Shown here one piece after another: positions 16,649 through 24,711 of a stretch of 57,557 bases of DNA (the first letter of the stretch is position 1; the number at the start of each line of letters is the position of its first letter). The position numbers were made by a program, and so were the translations under genes. The stretch spans positions 1-57,557 of the forward strand of contig JAGXFS010000063.1 of NCBI GenBank assembly GCA_024637275.1. The letters are read 5' to 3'. The stretch is from Acidimicrobiia bacterium. Its GTDB lineage: Bacteria > Actinomycetota > Acidimicrobiia > Spongiisociales > JAENVV01. The notes under the pieces are model-generated. The model saw nothing but the letters and a program-made list of their open reading frames with translations. It was not told where the DNA came from and did no database searches.

Positions 16649-18064
16649 ATGCAAAACAAATTCTCCACCACGGCCATCGCCGCTACCACCGTCGCCCTGC
16701 TCCTCCTCGGAGCTTGTGGATCTGGCGAAGTTCAGGTGGGTGGGGCGGTCACGACACCAACAGAACCGACGACTACAACAGTCGCCGGGAGCACCCCAAC
16801 GACGACGGTCTCGAACAACGGAACCAACGAAGACATGTGGCCCGTGAGCGTCTACTTCCTGGCCGACGATGCACAGTCCAAGTCCAGAACGGGACCGTTC
16901 CTCATTCCAGCCGAACGGCAGATTCCCTTCGGACCTAATCAATTGGCTGATGCCGTCACAGCGTTGCTGGCAGGGCCATCGGCATCCGAGTCGGCAGCGT
17001 CGATCAGCACAAGCGTTCCATCGAACAGCACTGTTCTCGGAGCCACCATCACCGGACTGACCTCTGCCGAGAGCGGCCAAGCACTCGGAGACGGCGTGGC
17101 CGAAATCAATTTGTCGAGCGGATTCGAGTCAGGCGGAGGGACGCTCTCCATCACAAGTCGTCTTGCCCAACTCGTCTTCACGGCCACCGACTTCGACGGA
17201 GTCAGTTCGGTTCGTCTGCTCATCGACGGCGACCCCGTCGACGTGTTCTCCAGCGAAGGGTTGGTCATCGACGGCCCGCTCACCCGTGACGATTTCGCAG
17301 ACCTCGTTCCCAACATCATGCTGGAGCTCCCCGCCACCAGCGCGGTCGTCGAGGGACCCATCTGGCTGCATGGCACGGCGGCAGTCTTCGAAGCCGTGTT
17401 CCAGGCCCGCCTCGAGGCGAATGGTGAAGTCCTCTGGGAGGGCCAGGTCACGACCACCAACGGAACCGGTTGGGGAGATTTCGACATGGGCATCCCTGCT
17501 CAGGTTTCCACAGAAACCGACGCCACGCTGACTGTCTGGGAGTACTCGGCTGAAGACGGCAGCGTCATCAACGAGCGGACCCACCAACTCACGCTCAAGC
17601 CGTGGGAAGCGGTAACCGATAAGGGTTGCCCAACCATTCCGTCGCTCGTAGCTATCGGATCGGGCGCCCTCGCATTCGGACAGGCTCAGCAAGTGGAAGA
17701 CCTCACCGGCGGCGTTGAAGTAACCATCAGCCCGGCCAACTACCTGATCGGAGCGAATGCCGTGGCCGCAGCCGCAGCCAATGGTGAACAGCCGGTCGAC
17801 GGGATCTACTTCCAGGCCAGTGGGCCGCAGGTGGGGCCGTTCCTCATTGCCGAGAACGCCCCAATCTGTTTGATCACCGCCGACGGTACCGGCGCGTTCA
17901 TCGAGGACCGTGGATACGCCGACACGGACCACGTGACCCCAACTGAATATGCGGCGATCTACGCCGACACCAACAGCGCTGATTGGTATTCAAACGGCCG
18001 GATCATCTGGTACACGCTCGACGGCAATACGATTACCTCCATCGCCGAGCAGTATCTGCCGTAA
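16649..18064 (+). CDS. lpqB: LpqB-like lipoprotein (GerMN domain plus Gmad2 Ig-like domain)
   Basis: AAGGAG lies 8 nt upstream of ATG 16649, and the lipobox is LLLGAC. A GerMN-like segment is present (VSVYF...LAGPS...RLAQLVFTATDFDGVSSVRLLIDGDPV). Its position after mtrAB matches the mtrAB-lpqB arrangement. Confidence 0.75.
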   Translation: MQNKFSTTAIAATTVALLLLGACGSGEVQVGGAVTTPTEPTTTTVAGSTPTTTVSNNGTNEDMWPVSVYFLADDAQSKSRTGPFLIPAERQIPFGPNQLADAVTALLAGPSASESAASISTSVPSNSTVLGATITGLTSAESGQALGDGVAEINLSSGFESGGGTLSITSRLAQLVFTATDFDGVSSVRLLIDGDPVDVFSSEGLVIDGPLTRDDFADLVPNIMLELPATSAVVEGPIWLHGTAAVFEAVFQARLEANGEVLWEGQVTTTNGTGWGDFDMGIPAQVSTETDATLTVWEYSAEDGSVINERTHQLTLKPWEAVTDKGCPTIPSLVAIGSGALAFGQAQQVEDLTGGVEVTISPANYLIGANAVAAAAANGEQPVDGIYFQASGPQVGPFLIAENAPICLITADGTGAFIEDRGYADTDHVTPTEYAAIYADTNSADWYSNGRIIWYTLDGNTITSIAEQYLP

Positions 18065-18090
18065 TCGGTAGAGCACATCACCCAGAAATA

Positions 18091-18156
18091 AGCGGAACCT
18101 CGGCAAGCCGAGGTTCCGCTTTTCGAGTCCGGAGGGAGTGGGGAGTTCCGGACTCG
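18091..18156 (+). terminator. two consecutive GC-rich hairpins after lpqB; the first is followed by TTTT
   Basis: Hairpin 1 is AGCGGAACCTCGG-caag-CCGAGGTTCCGCT-TTTCG (18091-18125). Hairpin 2 is CGAGTCCGGA-13 nt-TCCGGACTCG (18124-18156). Confidence 0.7.
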
Positions 18157-18261
18157 ATCAGGTACGTATGCTACTCCTAAACCGTTACTGTTGTTCACCT
18201 TTTCGAACAATCATTTGAAACCTGCAACCACTTTCCGGTGCAAAAAACTCTCCTGACAATC

Positions 18262-19851
18262 TCACTCTTGGTCGAAGATTCGTTGCAGCTCCATTCGTAG
18301 GATCTTGCCGGTGGTCGTCCTCGGAAGGTCGGCGACAAAGATCACGTGACGGGGCACCTCATGGGCCGCCAGCCGAACCCGCACATGCTGCTGAAGTTCC
18401 TCGGCCAATGGATCCGAGCTGATAAATCCCTCGTTGAGGACCACGTAGGCTGCCGGCACCTGACCGCGGATCTCATCAGGGACTCCAACGACCGCACAGA
18501 GCGCAACTGCTTCATGGCCCATCAGCGACTCCTCGATTTCACCAGGTCCGATCCGATAGCCGCCCGAAGAAATAATGTCGTCTTTCCGACTGACGAACCA
18601 CAGGTAGCCGTCGTTATCTTCGCGCCCGAGATCCCCGGTCAGCAACCATCCGTCGCGATACCTGCCTGCGGTGGCCTCCGGCTGATTCCAATACTCGATC
18701 ATCATGACTGGATCAGGAGCTCGCACGGCTAGCTCACCAACTTCCCCGACAGCCGGGGTCCCAGAGTCGTCGAGCACTACCACCTGGTGACCCGGAATTG
18801 GACGCCCCATTGATCCCGGTTTCACTGGCCACGTCGAAGCGCAGTTACCCACCACGATGTTCGCTTCGGTCTGACCGTAGCCCTCGTTGACACGCGCTCC
18901 GAGGTTGGTTTCCGCCCAGCCAAGCATCTCGGCACCGAGTGGCTCTCCGCCCGTGAAAATGGCGCGCAATTGCAGGTTCGACGACCCGGCATTAGCCGCT
19001 CGCATCATCTTGAGAGCCGTCGGAGGAAGGAAGGCACACGTGACCTGGTGTTGCACCATAAGGTCAATCGCCTCGTGCGGATCGAACCCGGGCGGAGTCG
19101 TCAGCACCGTCATACCGTGGTACCAGGCCGGGATCAGTACGTCCATGAGACCGCCGATCCAGGCCCAATCGGCTGGCGTCCAGATCACGTCGTCGGGCCG
19201 GGGGGCGTACTCGTAGAAAAGCTCGAAGGCGGGTAGATGGCCGAACAGGGTGCGATGAGCGTGCAGGGCGCCCTTGGGAGGTCCGGTGGTGCCTGAGGTG
19301 TAGATCAGAAAAGCCGGGTCCTCGGCCAATGTCGATACCGGAGGAATTGCCTCACAAGCATGCAGCTCAGGCCAGAAGTCGTCGTCCATCACCATGAGCT
19401 CAAGTCCGGGGCTGGCCTCTCGGACCTTGGCGACGTTTTCGGGGCTCACCAACGCCAGTCGGGCCCCGGCATCTTGCAGCCGGTAACCCAGGGCATCTGG
19501 GCCGAAGAGCGACGCCAACGGAAGTGAGATCGCACCTAGCTTCCACACCGCCAGATGGGAAAGGCCAGTCTCGAGTGATTGCGGGGCCACGACGCCGACG
19601 CGGTCGCCTCGACCGACTCCCCGGGCCTTGAGAGCGCCAGCCAGCTGATCGGACCAACGACTTAGTTCCGCGAACGTGGTCGTCGTGCGCCTCCCATCTC
19701 CACCAACTGTGACCAGCGCCACCGAGTCGGGCGGAGCAACGTCGGCACAGGCCGAACCCATATTGAACACATCCGGGATCTGCCACTGCATGGCCGCCAC
19801 CAGACGATCGTAGGTTGGATCGGACAGCCTCGGAATGATGGTCGGATTCAT
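18262..19851 (-). CDS. AMP-forming acyl-CoA synthetase / AMP-dependent ligase
   Basis: AMP-binding motifs are present: IYTSGTTGPPKG, GYGQTE, TGDLG and GKILR. The start is placed at the internal ATG 19851 (MNPTIIPRL). Confidence 0.88.
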   Translation of the reverse strand: MNPTIIPRLSDPTYDRLVAAMQWQIPDVFNMGSACADVAPPDSVALVTVGGDGRRTTTTFAELSRWSDQLAGALKARGVGRGDRVGVVAPQSLETGLSHLAVWKLGAISLPLASLFGPDALGYRLQDAGARLALVSPENVAKVREASPGLELMVMDDDFWPELHACEAIPPVSTLAEDPAFLIYTSGTTGPPKGALHAHRTLFGHLPAFELFYEYAPRPDDVIWTPADWAWIGGLMDVLIPAWYHGMTVLTTPPGFDPHEAIDLMVQHQVTCAFLPPTALKMMRAANAGSSNLQLRAIFTGGEPLGAEMLGWAETNLGARVNEGYGQTEANIVVGNCASTWPVKPGSMGRPIPGHQVVVLDDSGTPAVGEVGELAVRAPDPVMMIEYWNQPEATAGRYRDGWLLTGDLGREDNDGYLWFVSRKDDIISSGGYRIGPGEIEESLMGHEAVALCAVVGVPDEIRGQVPAAYVVLNEGFISSDPLAEELQQHVRVRLAAHEVPRHVIFVADLPRTTTGKILRMELQRIFDQE

Positions 19852-19931
19852 GCAACACCACCGTACCGAACCGGCCAGACGCGTGTCGTTCGGCCCTTGA
19901 CAGCACAAGCCAATTCAGCTGAGCTGAGCGT

Positions 19932-20645
19932 ATGACCGAGCCGTATGTGTATCCCCGCCCCGAGGATGCCGCCAGGTACCCGTTCGTAGAACACCGGATC
20001 GAGCAATACGACGCCGCCGAACAAAAGCTTCGCGGTGAGGCGTTCCTCCGACTGATGGAGCAGCGCCGTTCGGTTCGCACCTTCTCCGACAAAATGGTGC
20101 CCCGGGAACTTCTTGAGATGGCCATCCAGACTGCCGCGACCGCCCCGTCGGGCGCCCATATGCAACCCTGGAAGTTTGTGGTGATCGGGGACGCTGACAT
20201 CAAACGGCAGATCCGCCAGGCCGCCGAAGAAGAGGAGCGGATCAACTACGAAGGACGGATGAACGACGAGTGGCAAGAGGCGCTTGCCCACCTCGGTACA
20301 CATTGGCGGAAGGGCTACCTGGAAACGGCTCCATGGATTGTTGTGGTCTTCGAGGAGCGCTACGGCGCAACGCCCGAGGGAACCAAACAACATCACTACT
20401 ACGTGAAGGAAAGCGTTGGCATGGCGTGCGGCTTGTTTATCGCCGCGCTCCACAACATGGGCCTGGCTACCCTCCCCCACACGCCGTCGCCGATGGCATT
20501 CCTGACCAAGCTGCTCGGCCGACCCGACAACGAGCGACCGTTCGTGCTCTTTCCCGTGGGCTACCCCACCACCGATGCCCAGGTTCCGGTTCTCGACCGA
20601 AAACCGCTTGGCGACGTCATGATCTGCGTTCCCCCGAAAGCCTGA
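19932..20645 (+). CDS. iodotyrosine-deiodinase-like flavin (nitroreductase-superfamily) protein
   Basis: Near-colinear similarity to animal IYD: RRSVRTFSDK, TAPSGAHMQPWKFVVI, EEEERINYEGRM, HWRKGYLETAPWIVVVF, HYYVKESVGMACG, LLGRP, LFPVGYP, VPVLDRKPL. Confidence 0.8.
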   Translation: MTEPYVYPRPEDAARYPFVEHRIEQYDAAEQKLRGEAFLRLMEQRRSVRTFSDKMVPRELLEMAIQTAATAPSGAHMQPWKFVVIGDADIKRQIRQAAEEEERINYEGRMNDEWQEALAHLGTHWRKGYLETAPWIVVVFEERYGATPEGTKQHHYYVKESVGMACGLFIAALHNMGLATLPHTPSPMAFLTKLLGRPDNERPFVLFPVGYPTTDAQVPVLDRKPLGDVMICVPPKA

Positions 20646-20733
20646 TCGACCGCCACGATGATCCGATCGCCAAACCCAAGTTTGCTGCTACGCGCAAAGG
20701 TCTAGTCTTGCCACAACACCACGCGGAGGCGCT

Positions 20734-22188
20734 ATGACCACCATGCTCAATACGCTCATCGACGAAGGTAAGACTGGACTGTTCATCGGGGGGGAATGGC
20801 AAGACGGGTCGAGCTTGATTGATGTCATCGACCCGGCAACCGAAGACCTGCTCGCCGCCGTCGGAGCGGCCAACGCGGTCGAAGCCAATCAAGCACTCGA
20901 TGCCGCCGCCGATGCGGCCAAGTCATGGGCCGCCACGGCTCCCCGCCAGCGTGGTGAGATCCTCCGCAAGACCTTCGAACTAATGATCGAACACGAAGAG
21001 GCCATCGCCGAGCTGATCGTCCTCGAAAACGGCAAAGCCTTCCCCGATGCGCTCGGGGAAACCCGCTACGCCGCCGAGTTCTTCCGCTGGTTCTCCGAAG
21101 AGGCCGTCCGGGTCGGCGGCGAAGTCCGACTGGCACCTGGTGGCGACAAGCGCATCATGACGATGTCCCAGCCGGTTGGTATCAGCGTCCTCATCACGCC
21201 GTGGAACTTCCCGGCCGCGATGGCCACACGCAAACTCGGGCCAGCGCTAGCCGCCGGATGCACGACCATCCTCAAACCTGCCTCGGACACTCCGCTGACG
21301 ACTCTGGCGATCGTCCACCTCATGCAACAGGCCGGGTTGCCCGCTGGTGTGGTGAACATCATGAGCGCACGCGGATCGTCCGATGCCGTCGACACGCTTC
21401 TATCCGATTCTCGAGTTCGCAAACTGTCGTTCACCGGTTCAACCGCCGTCGGCCGGATGCTGCTCGCCAAGGCAGCTGATCAGGTTCTCAAGACCTCAAT
21501 GGAGCTGGGTGGTAACGCACCGTTTATCGTCTTCGACGACGCCGACATCGACGACGCCATCGCCGGAGCGATGGTCGCCAAGATGCGCAATGCCGGCGAA
21601 GCCTGCACCGCCGCCAACCGGATCATGGTGCATGAGTCGGTCGCCAAGGAATTCACCGACAAGCTCAGCTCTGCCATGTCGTCGCTGAAAATGGGTCCCG
21701 GTATCGACCGATCAACTCAGGTGGGCCCGATGGTCAACCGCAAGAGCCGCGACGAAATCGCCGAACTGGTCGAACTCGCCACGAACGACGGTGCCAAGGT
21801 GGTCACTGGTGGCACGATCCCGGATCACAAGGGCTTTTTCTACGCACCAACCGTGCTCAACAACGTGCAGCCCGGCGACGCCATCTTGAAGACCGAGATC
21901 TTCGGGCCGGTGGCGCCGGTCGTCACCTTCAACACCGAGGAAGAAGCCATCACCATGGCCAACGACACCGAGTACGGCCTCATCTCATACATCTACACGA
22001 ATGATCTGAGTAAGGGTCTGCGAGTCAGCGAGGCTATGGAGAGCGGAATGGTTGGCCTCAACCGTGGGCTGGTTTCGGACCCGGCGGCTCCGTTCGGCGG
22101 ATTCAAACAATCCGGGGTCGGGCGTGAAGGCGGATTCGAGGGGATCCACGAATTCCTCGAAACCAAGTACATCGCCCTGAACTGGTAG
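20734..22188 (+). CDS. gabD: NAD(P)-dependent succinate-semialdehyde dehydrogenase (aldehyde dehydrogenase family)
   Basis: 484 aa. The ALDH Glu motif MELGGNAP and the Cys motif NAGEACTAANR are present, and the overall pattern is GabD-like (LITPWNFP, EIFGPV, EYGL). Confidence 0.85.
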   Translation: MTTMLNTLIDEGKTGLFIGGEWQDGSSLIDVIDPATEDLLAAVGAANAVEANQALDAAADAAKSWAATAPRQRGEILRKTFELMIEHEEAIAELIVLENGKAFPDALGETRYAAEFFRWFSEEAVRVGGEVRLAPGGDKRIMTMSQPVGISVLITPWNFPAAMATRKLGPALAAGCTTILKPASDTPLTTLAIVHLMQQAGLPAGVVNIMSARGSSDAVDTLLSDSRVRKLSFTGSTAVGRMLLAKAADQVLKTSMELGGNAPFIVFDDADIDDAIAGAMVAKMRNAGEACTAANRIMVHESVAKEFTDKLSSAMSSLKMGPGIDRSTQVGPMVNRKSRDEIAELVELATNDGAKVVTGGTIPDHKGFFYAPTVLNNVQPGDAILKTEIFGPVAPVVTFNTEEEAITMANDTEYGLISYIYTNDLSKGLRVSEAMESGMVGLNRGLVSDPAAPFGGFKQSGVGREGGFEGIHEFLETKYIALNW

Positions 22189-22193
22189 GTCGG

Positions 22194-22802
22194 TCAGTCC
22201 TCGGAGCTTTCGAGGTCAGTCCTGAGAGCCGCCCAAACGTGCTGGTCGATCCACTCGCCGTACTTGTACGCCGAGCCGCGGCGGATGCCCTCCGGCTCAA
22301 ATCCGACCTTTCTCAGTACGGCCGAACTGGCAGGGTTGGTCGTAAAGGCGCACGCCTCGATACGCGATAAGTTCAGGACTCCGAATCCATGATTGACGAC
22401 AGCCCGGACCGCATCGGTCATGAAGCCCTGGCCCCAGAACGCCTCACCCAGCCAGTAGCCGAGACTGGCCACCCCGGCCTGGTCACCCGGAGTCAGTCCT
22501 ATCGCGCCCATCACCAGCGGACCGTTTCGGACGATGGGATCACGCTGAATGATCACCCAGTGATGTCCGCCATCGTTGAAGTCGTTCGAGGCGTACTTAT
22601 CGCACCAGGCCGAGATCTCGTCGACATCGATCGGACCGTTCCACAAGAGCTTGGATGTGACCGACTGGCCGCCCGGGCCATACGTCATGGCGAACAAGGC
22701 TTTCGCAACTTGCTCGGTCGGCATCTCAATCAAAAGACGCCTGGTTGTAATCGGAATCGCAGCTGTCCCTAACGCGGGACCCGTGCCTACCAGTCGGGCC
22801 AT
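22194..22802 (-). CDS. GNAT-family N-acetyltransferase (RimJ/RimL-like)
   Basis: ITTRRLLIE at the N-terminus, then GYWLGEAFWGQGFMTDAVRAVVNHGF and NPASSAVLRKVGFEPEG. The start is uncertain (ORF open to 22850). Confidence 0.75.
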   Translation of the reverse strand: MARLVGTGPALGTAAIPITTRRLLIEMPTEQVAKALFAMTYGPGGQSVTSKLLWNGPIDVDEISAWCDKYASNDFNDGGHHWVIIQRDPIVRNGPLVMGAIGLTPGDQAGVASLGYWLGEAFWGQGFMTDAVRAVVNHGFGVLNLSRIEACAFTTNPASSAVLRKVGFEPEGIRRGSAYKYGEWIDQHVWAALRTDLESSED

Positions 22803-22877
22803 GGGTCGAAGCATAGGTTGAGTCGTTACCTGCATGACTGCCAATTCCAATCGTTTGCAGCTGGTGCGTTCACTCGT

Positions 22878-23114
22878 TCAGTCAACTATACGGTCTGTAG
22901 CTGTGTCGCGAACAATCGTGATCCATCTGCGACAACCATAGAGATGGAACCAGGCTTCTGGCACCGGGCCTTCCGGATTGGTGTGGTTGAACGCCCGATC
23001 AAGATTGCGCTCCGCCGGGTCAGCGATCGTGGCGGGGACGTCGAGTACCTCGCCGTAGACGTATTCCTCGAGCGGTCGGGTGCCGCAATGTTCGCAGGTA
23101 ATACGAATACTCAT
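22878..23114 (-). CDS. soxD: sarcosine oxidase delta-subunit family protein
   Basis: 78 aa. The pattern C-x2-CG...EY.YGGE...NP.G...E.W.H..GCRRW....RDT is characteristic of SoxD. The start overlaps the soxB stop (TGATG). Confidence 0.85.
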   Translation of the reverse strand: MSIRITCEHCGTRPLEEYVYGEVLDVPATIADPAERNLDRAFNHTNPEGPVPEAWFHLYGCRRWITIVRDTATDRIVD

Positions 23115-24325
23115 CAGTGGGTCCCCGACGAGCTACGGTCAGCGAGCGTACGGTCGTTGCGGAATCGATCGAGCGAAAACGGAGCGATGAGTTCGGGCGT
23201 TCGACCGGTCGCGATGAGTTCGGCCATCGCCTCTCCCCCGGCCGGGATGGCTTTGAAACCCCACGTACCCCAGCCGGTCGTGATGAGCAAACCGTCGACA
23301 GGGGTCCTGCCCATGATCGGCGTGTAGTCAGGTGACATGTCGCAAATGCCCGTCCATTGGCGAAGGATCCGCAGGTCGCGCATGAATGGCAGGAACATCT
23401 GAATGTTGTGCGCGATCGAAGAAAGGAAATGATGACCGGAGCGGTATGAGTAGCTGGGCTGCTGATCGATGTGGGCACCCGCCAACATTTCGCCGCGGGC
23501 GGTCTGGCTCACGTAGAACCCAAGATCAAGCGACGAGGCGATCGGATCGAACTTGCGCTCGTAATGGTTCGTGACGAATGCCTGAAGCGGATGGGTTCGG
23601 ATCGGAATCCGCAGCCCGGCCATGTCCATAATACGAGTTACGTGACCCCCCACCGCCGACACCACCACCGGGGCCGAGATGTCACCATGATTGGTCCGCA
23701 CCCCGACCACCCGGTCGCCGTCCCGGATGAGATCGATCACTTCGGTGCGTTGGAGCACGTCGACGCCGTGACGCATGGCTCCTTCGGCGAGCGCCCAATT
23801 GACCCGGTCGTGGCGGGCGGTGGAGGCAGCCGCCTGATAGGACGCACCGAGAACCGGATACTTGCCGCCGCCCACATTGAGGTCGATCTCGGGGGCAATC
23901 TCGGTGATCTCTTCTGGGGTGAGAAACTCTGTGTTGACACCATTGGCCTGATTGATGAACGAGCGGGCTCGCTCCTGGCGAAGCCCGGCTTCGGTGTGGA
24001 CTGTCCAGAGGATGCCCTTCTGCTTATGCATGATCCAGCGATCGGTTTCTTCTTCAAGTCTCTGATACAGCTCTACCGACCGCTGATAGAACCGGATCGA
24101 TTCGGGCACGCCGTAGTTCGAGCGAATGACGGTGGTGTTACGACCGCTATTGCCGCCGCCGATGTACTTACGTTCCAGAACCGCCACGTTGGTGATCCCA
24201 TGTCGGGTGGCCAGGTGATAGGCCGTCGACAGGCCGTGGCCACCGCCACCGATGATCACCACGTCATAGGTGGGTTTCTGTTCGCCCCAGGTCAACCGAA
24301 CTTTGCGTTCGAGGAACTCGTTCAT
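23114..24325 (-). CDS. soxB: sarcosine oxidase beta-subunit-like FAD-dependent oxidoreductase
   Basis: The start at ATG 24325 gives MNEFLERKVRLTWGEQKPTYDVVIIGGGGHGLSTAYHLA, a dinucleotide-binding fold of the DAO family. ATGA overlap with the upstream gene. Confidence 0.85.
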   Translation of the reverse strand: MNEFLERKVRLTWGEQKPTYDVVIIGGGGHGLSTAYHLATRHGITNVAVLERKYIGGGNSGRNTTVIRSNYGVPESIRFYQRSVELYQRLEEETDRWIMHKQKGILWTVHTEAGLRQERARSFINQANGVNTEFLTPEEITEIAPEIDLNVGGGKYPVLGASYQAAASTARHDRVNWALAEGAMRHGVDVLQRTEVIDLIRDGDRVVGVRTNHGDISAPVVVSAVGGHVTRIMDMAGLRIPIRTHPLQAFVTNHYERKFDPIASSLDLGFYVSQTARGEMLAGAHIDQQPSYSYRSGHHFLSSIAHNIQMFLPFMRDLRILRQWTGICDMSPDYTPIMGRTPVDGLLITTGWGTWGFKAIPAGGEAMAELIATGRTPELIAPFSLDRFRNDRTLADRSSSGTH

Positions 24326-24711
24326 GCCGACCACTCCTGTGGGGTCCGCTCGACGAAGTCGGCGGTGAGGGCAGTCGGGAATACGAACAACGTCCGTTCC
24401 TCGGTCAGCCAAAGCTTGACGGGTAGATGGGCGATGGCGCCCTGAGCAAAGGCGGGTCGGACCGATGGTCGCGGCCAGGAGCAACTCGCCTGCAGATACG
24501 CTTCGGACGGCGCACGGTTCACCCATACACCGCTCCAGCCGGCATCCTCACGGACAATCGCGTGTAGATCGTCGACCTGAACAGTGCCGCCACCAATCAC
24601 CATCGCGTCATCCGGTGCGGTTCGCAGAACAATCGAGCCGGACGGAAATGTCGCCCGATCAAGCGAGTCGGGAGCTGCAACCACACGGGTGACGGCGAGG
24701 ACTTCAAGCAC
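24322..24711 (-). CDS. small subunit, possibly sarcosine oxidase gamma-like
   Basis: 129-aa ORF with a GTG start, translationally coupled between the alpha-like and beta-like genes. The assignment rests on position only and sequence similarity is not verified. Confidence 0.4.
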   Translation of the reverse strand: MLEVLAVTRVVAAPDSLDRATFPSGSIVLRTAPDDAMVIGGGTVQVDDLHAIVREDAGWSGVWVNRAPSEAYLQASCSWPRPSVRPAFAQGAIAHLPVKLWLTEERTLFVFPTALTADFVERTPQEWSA

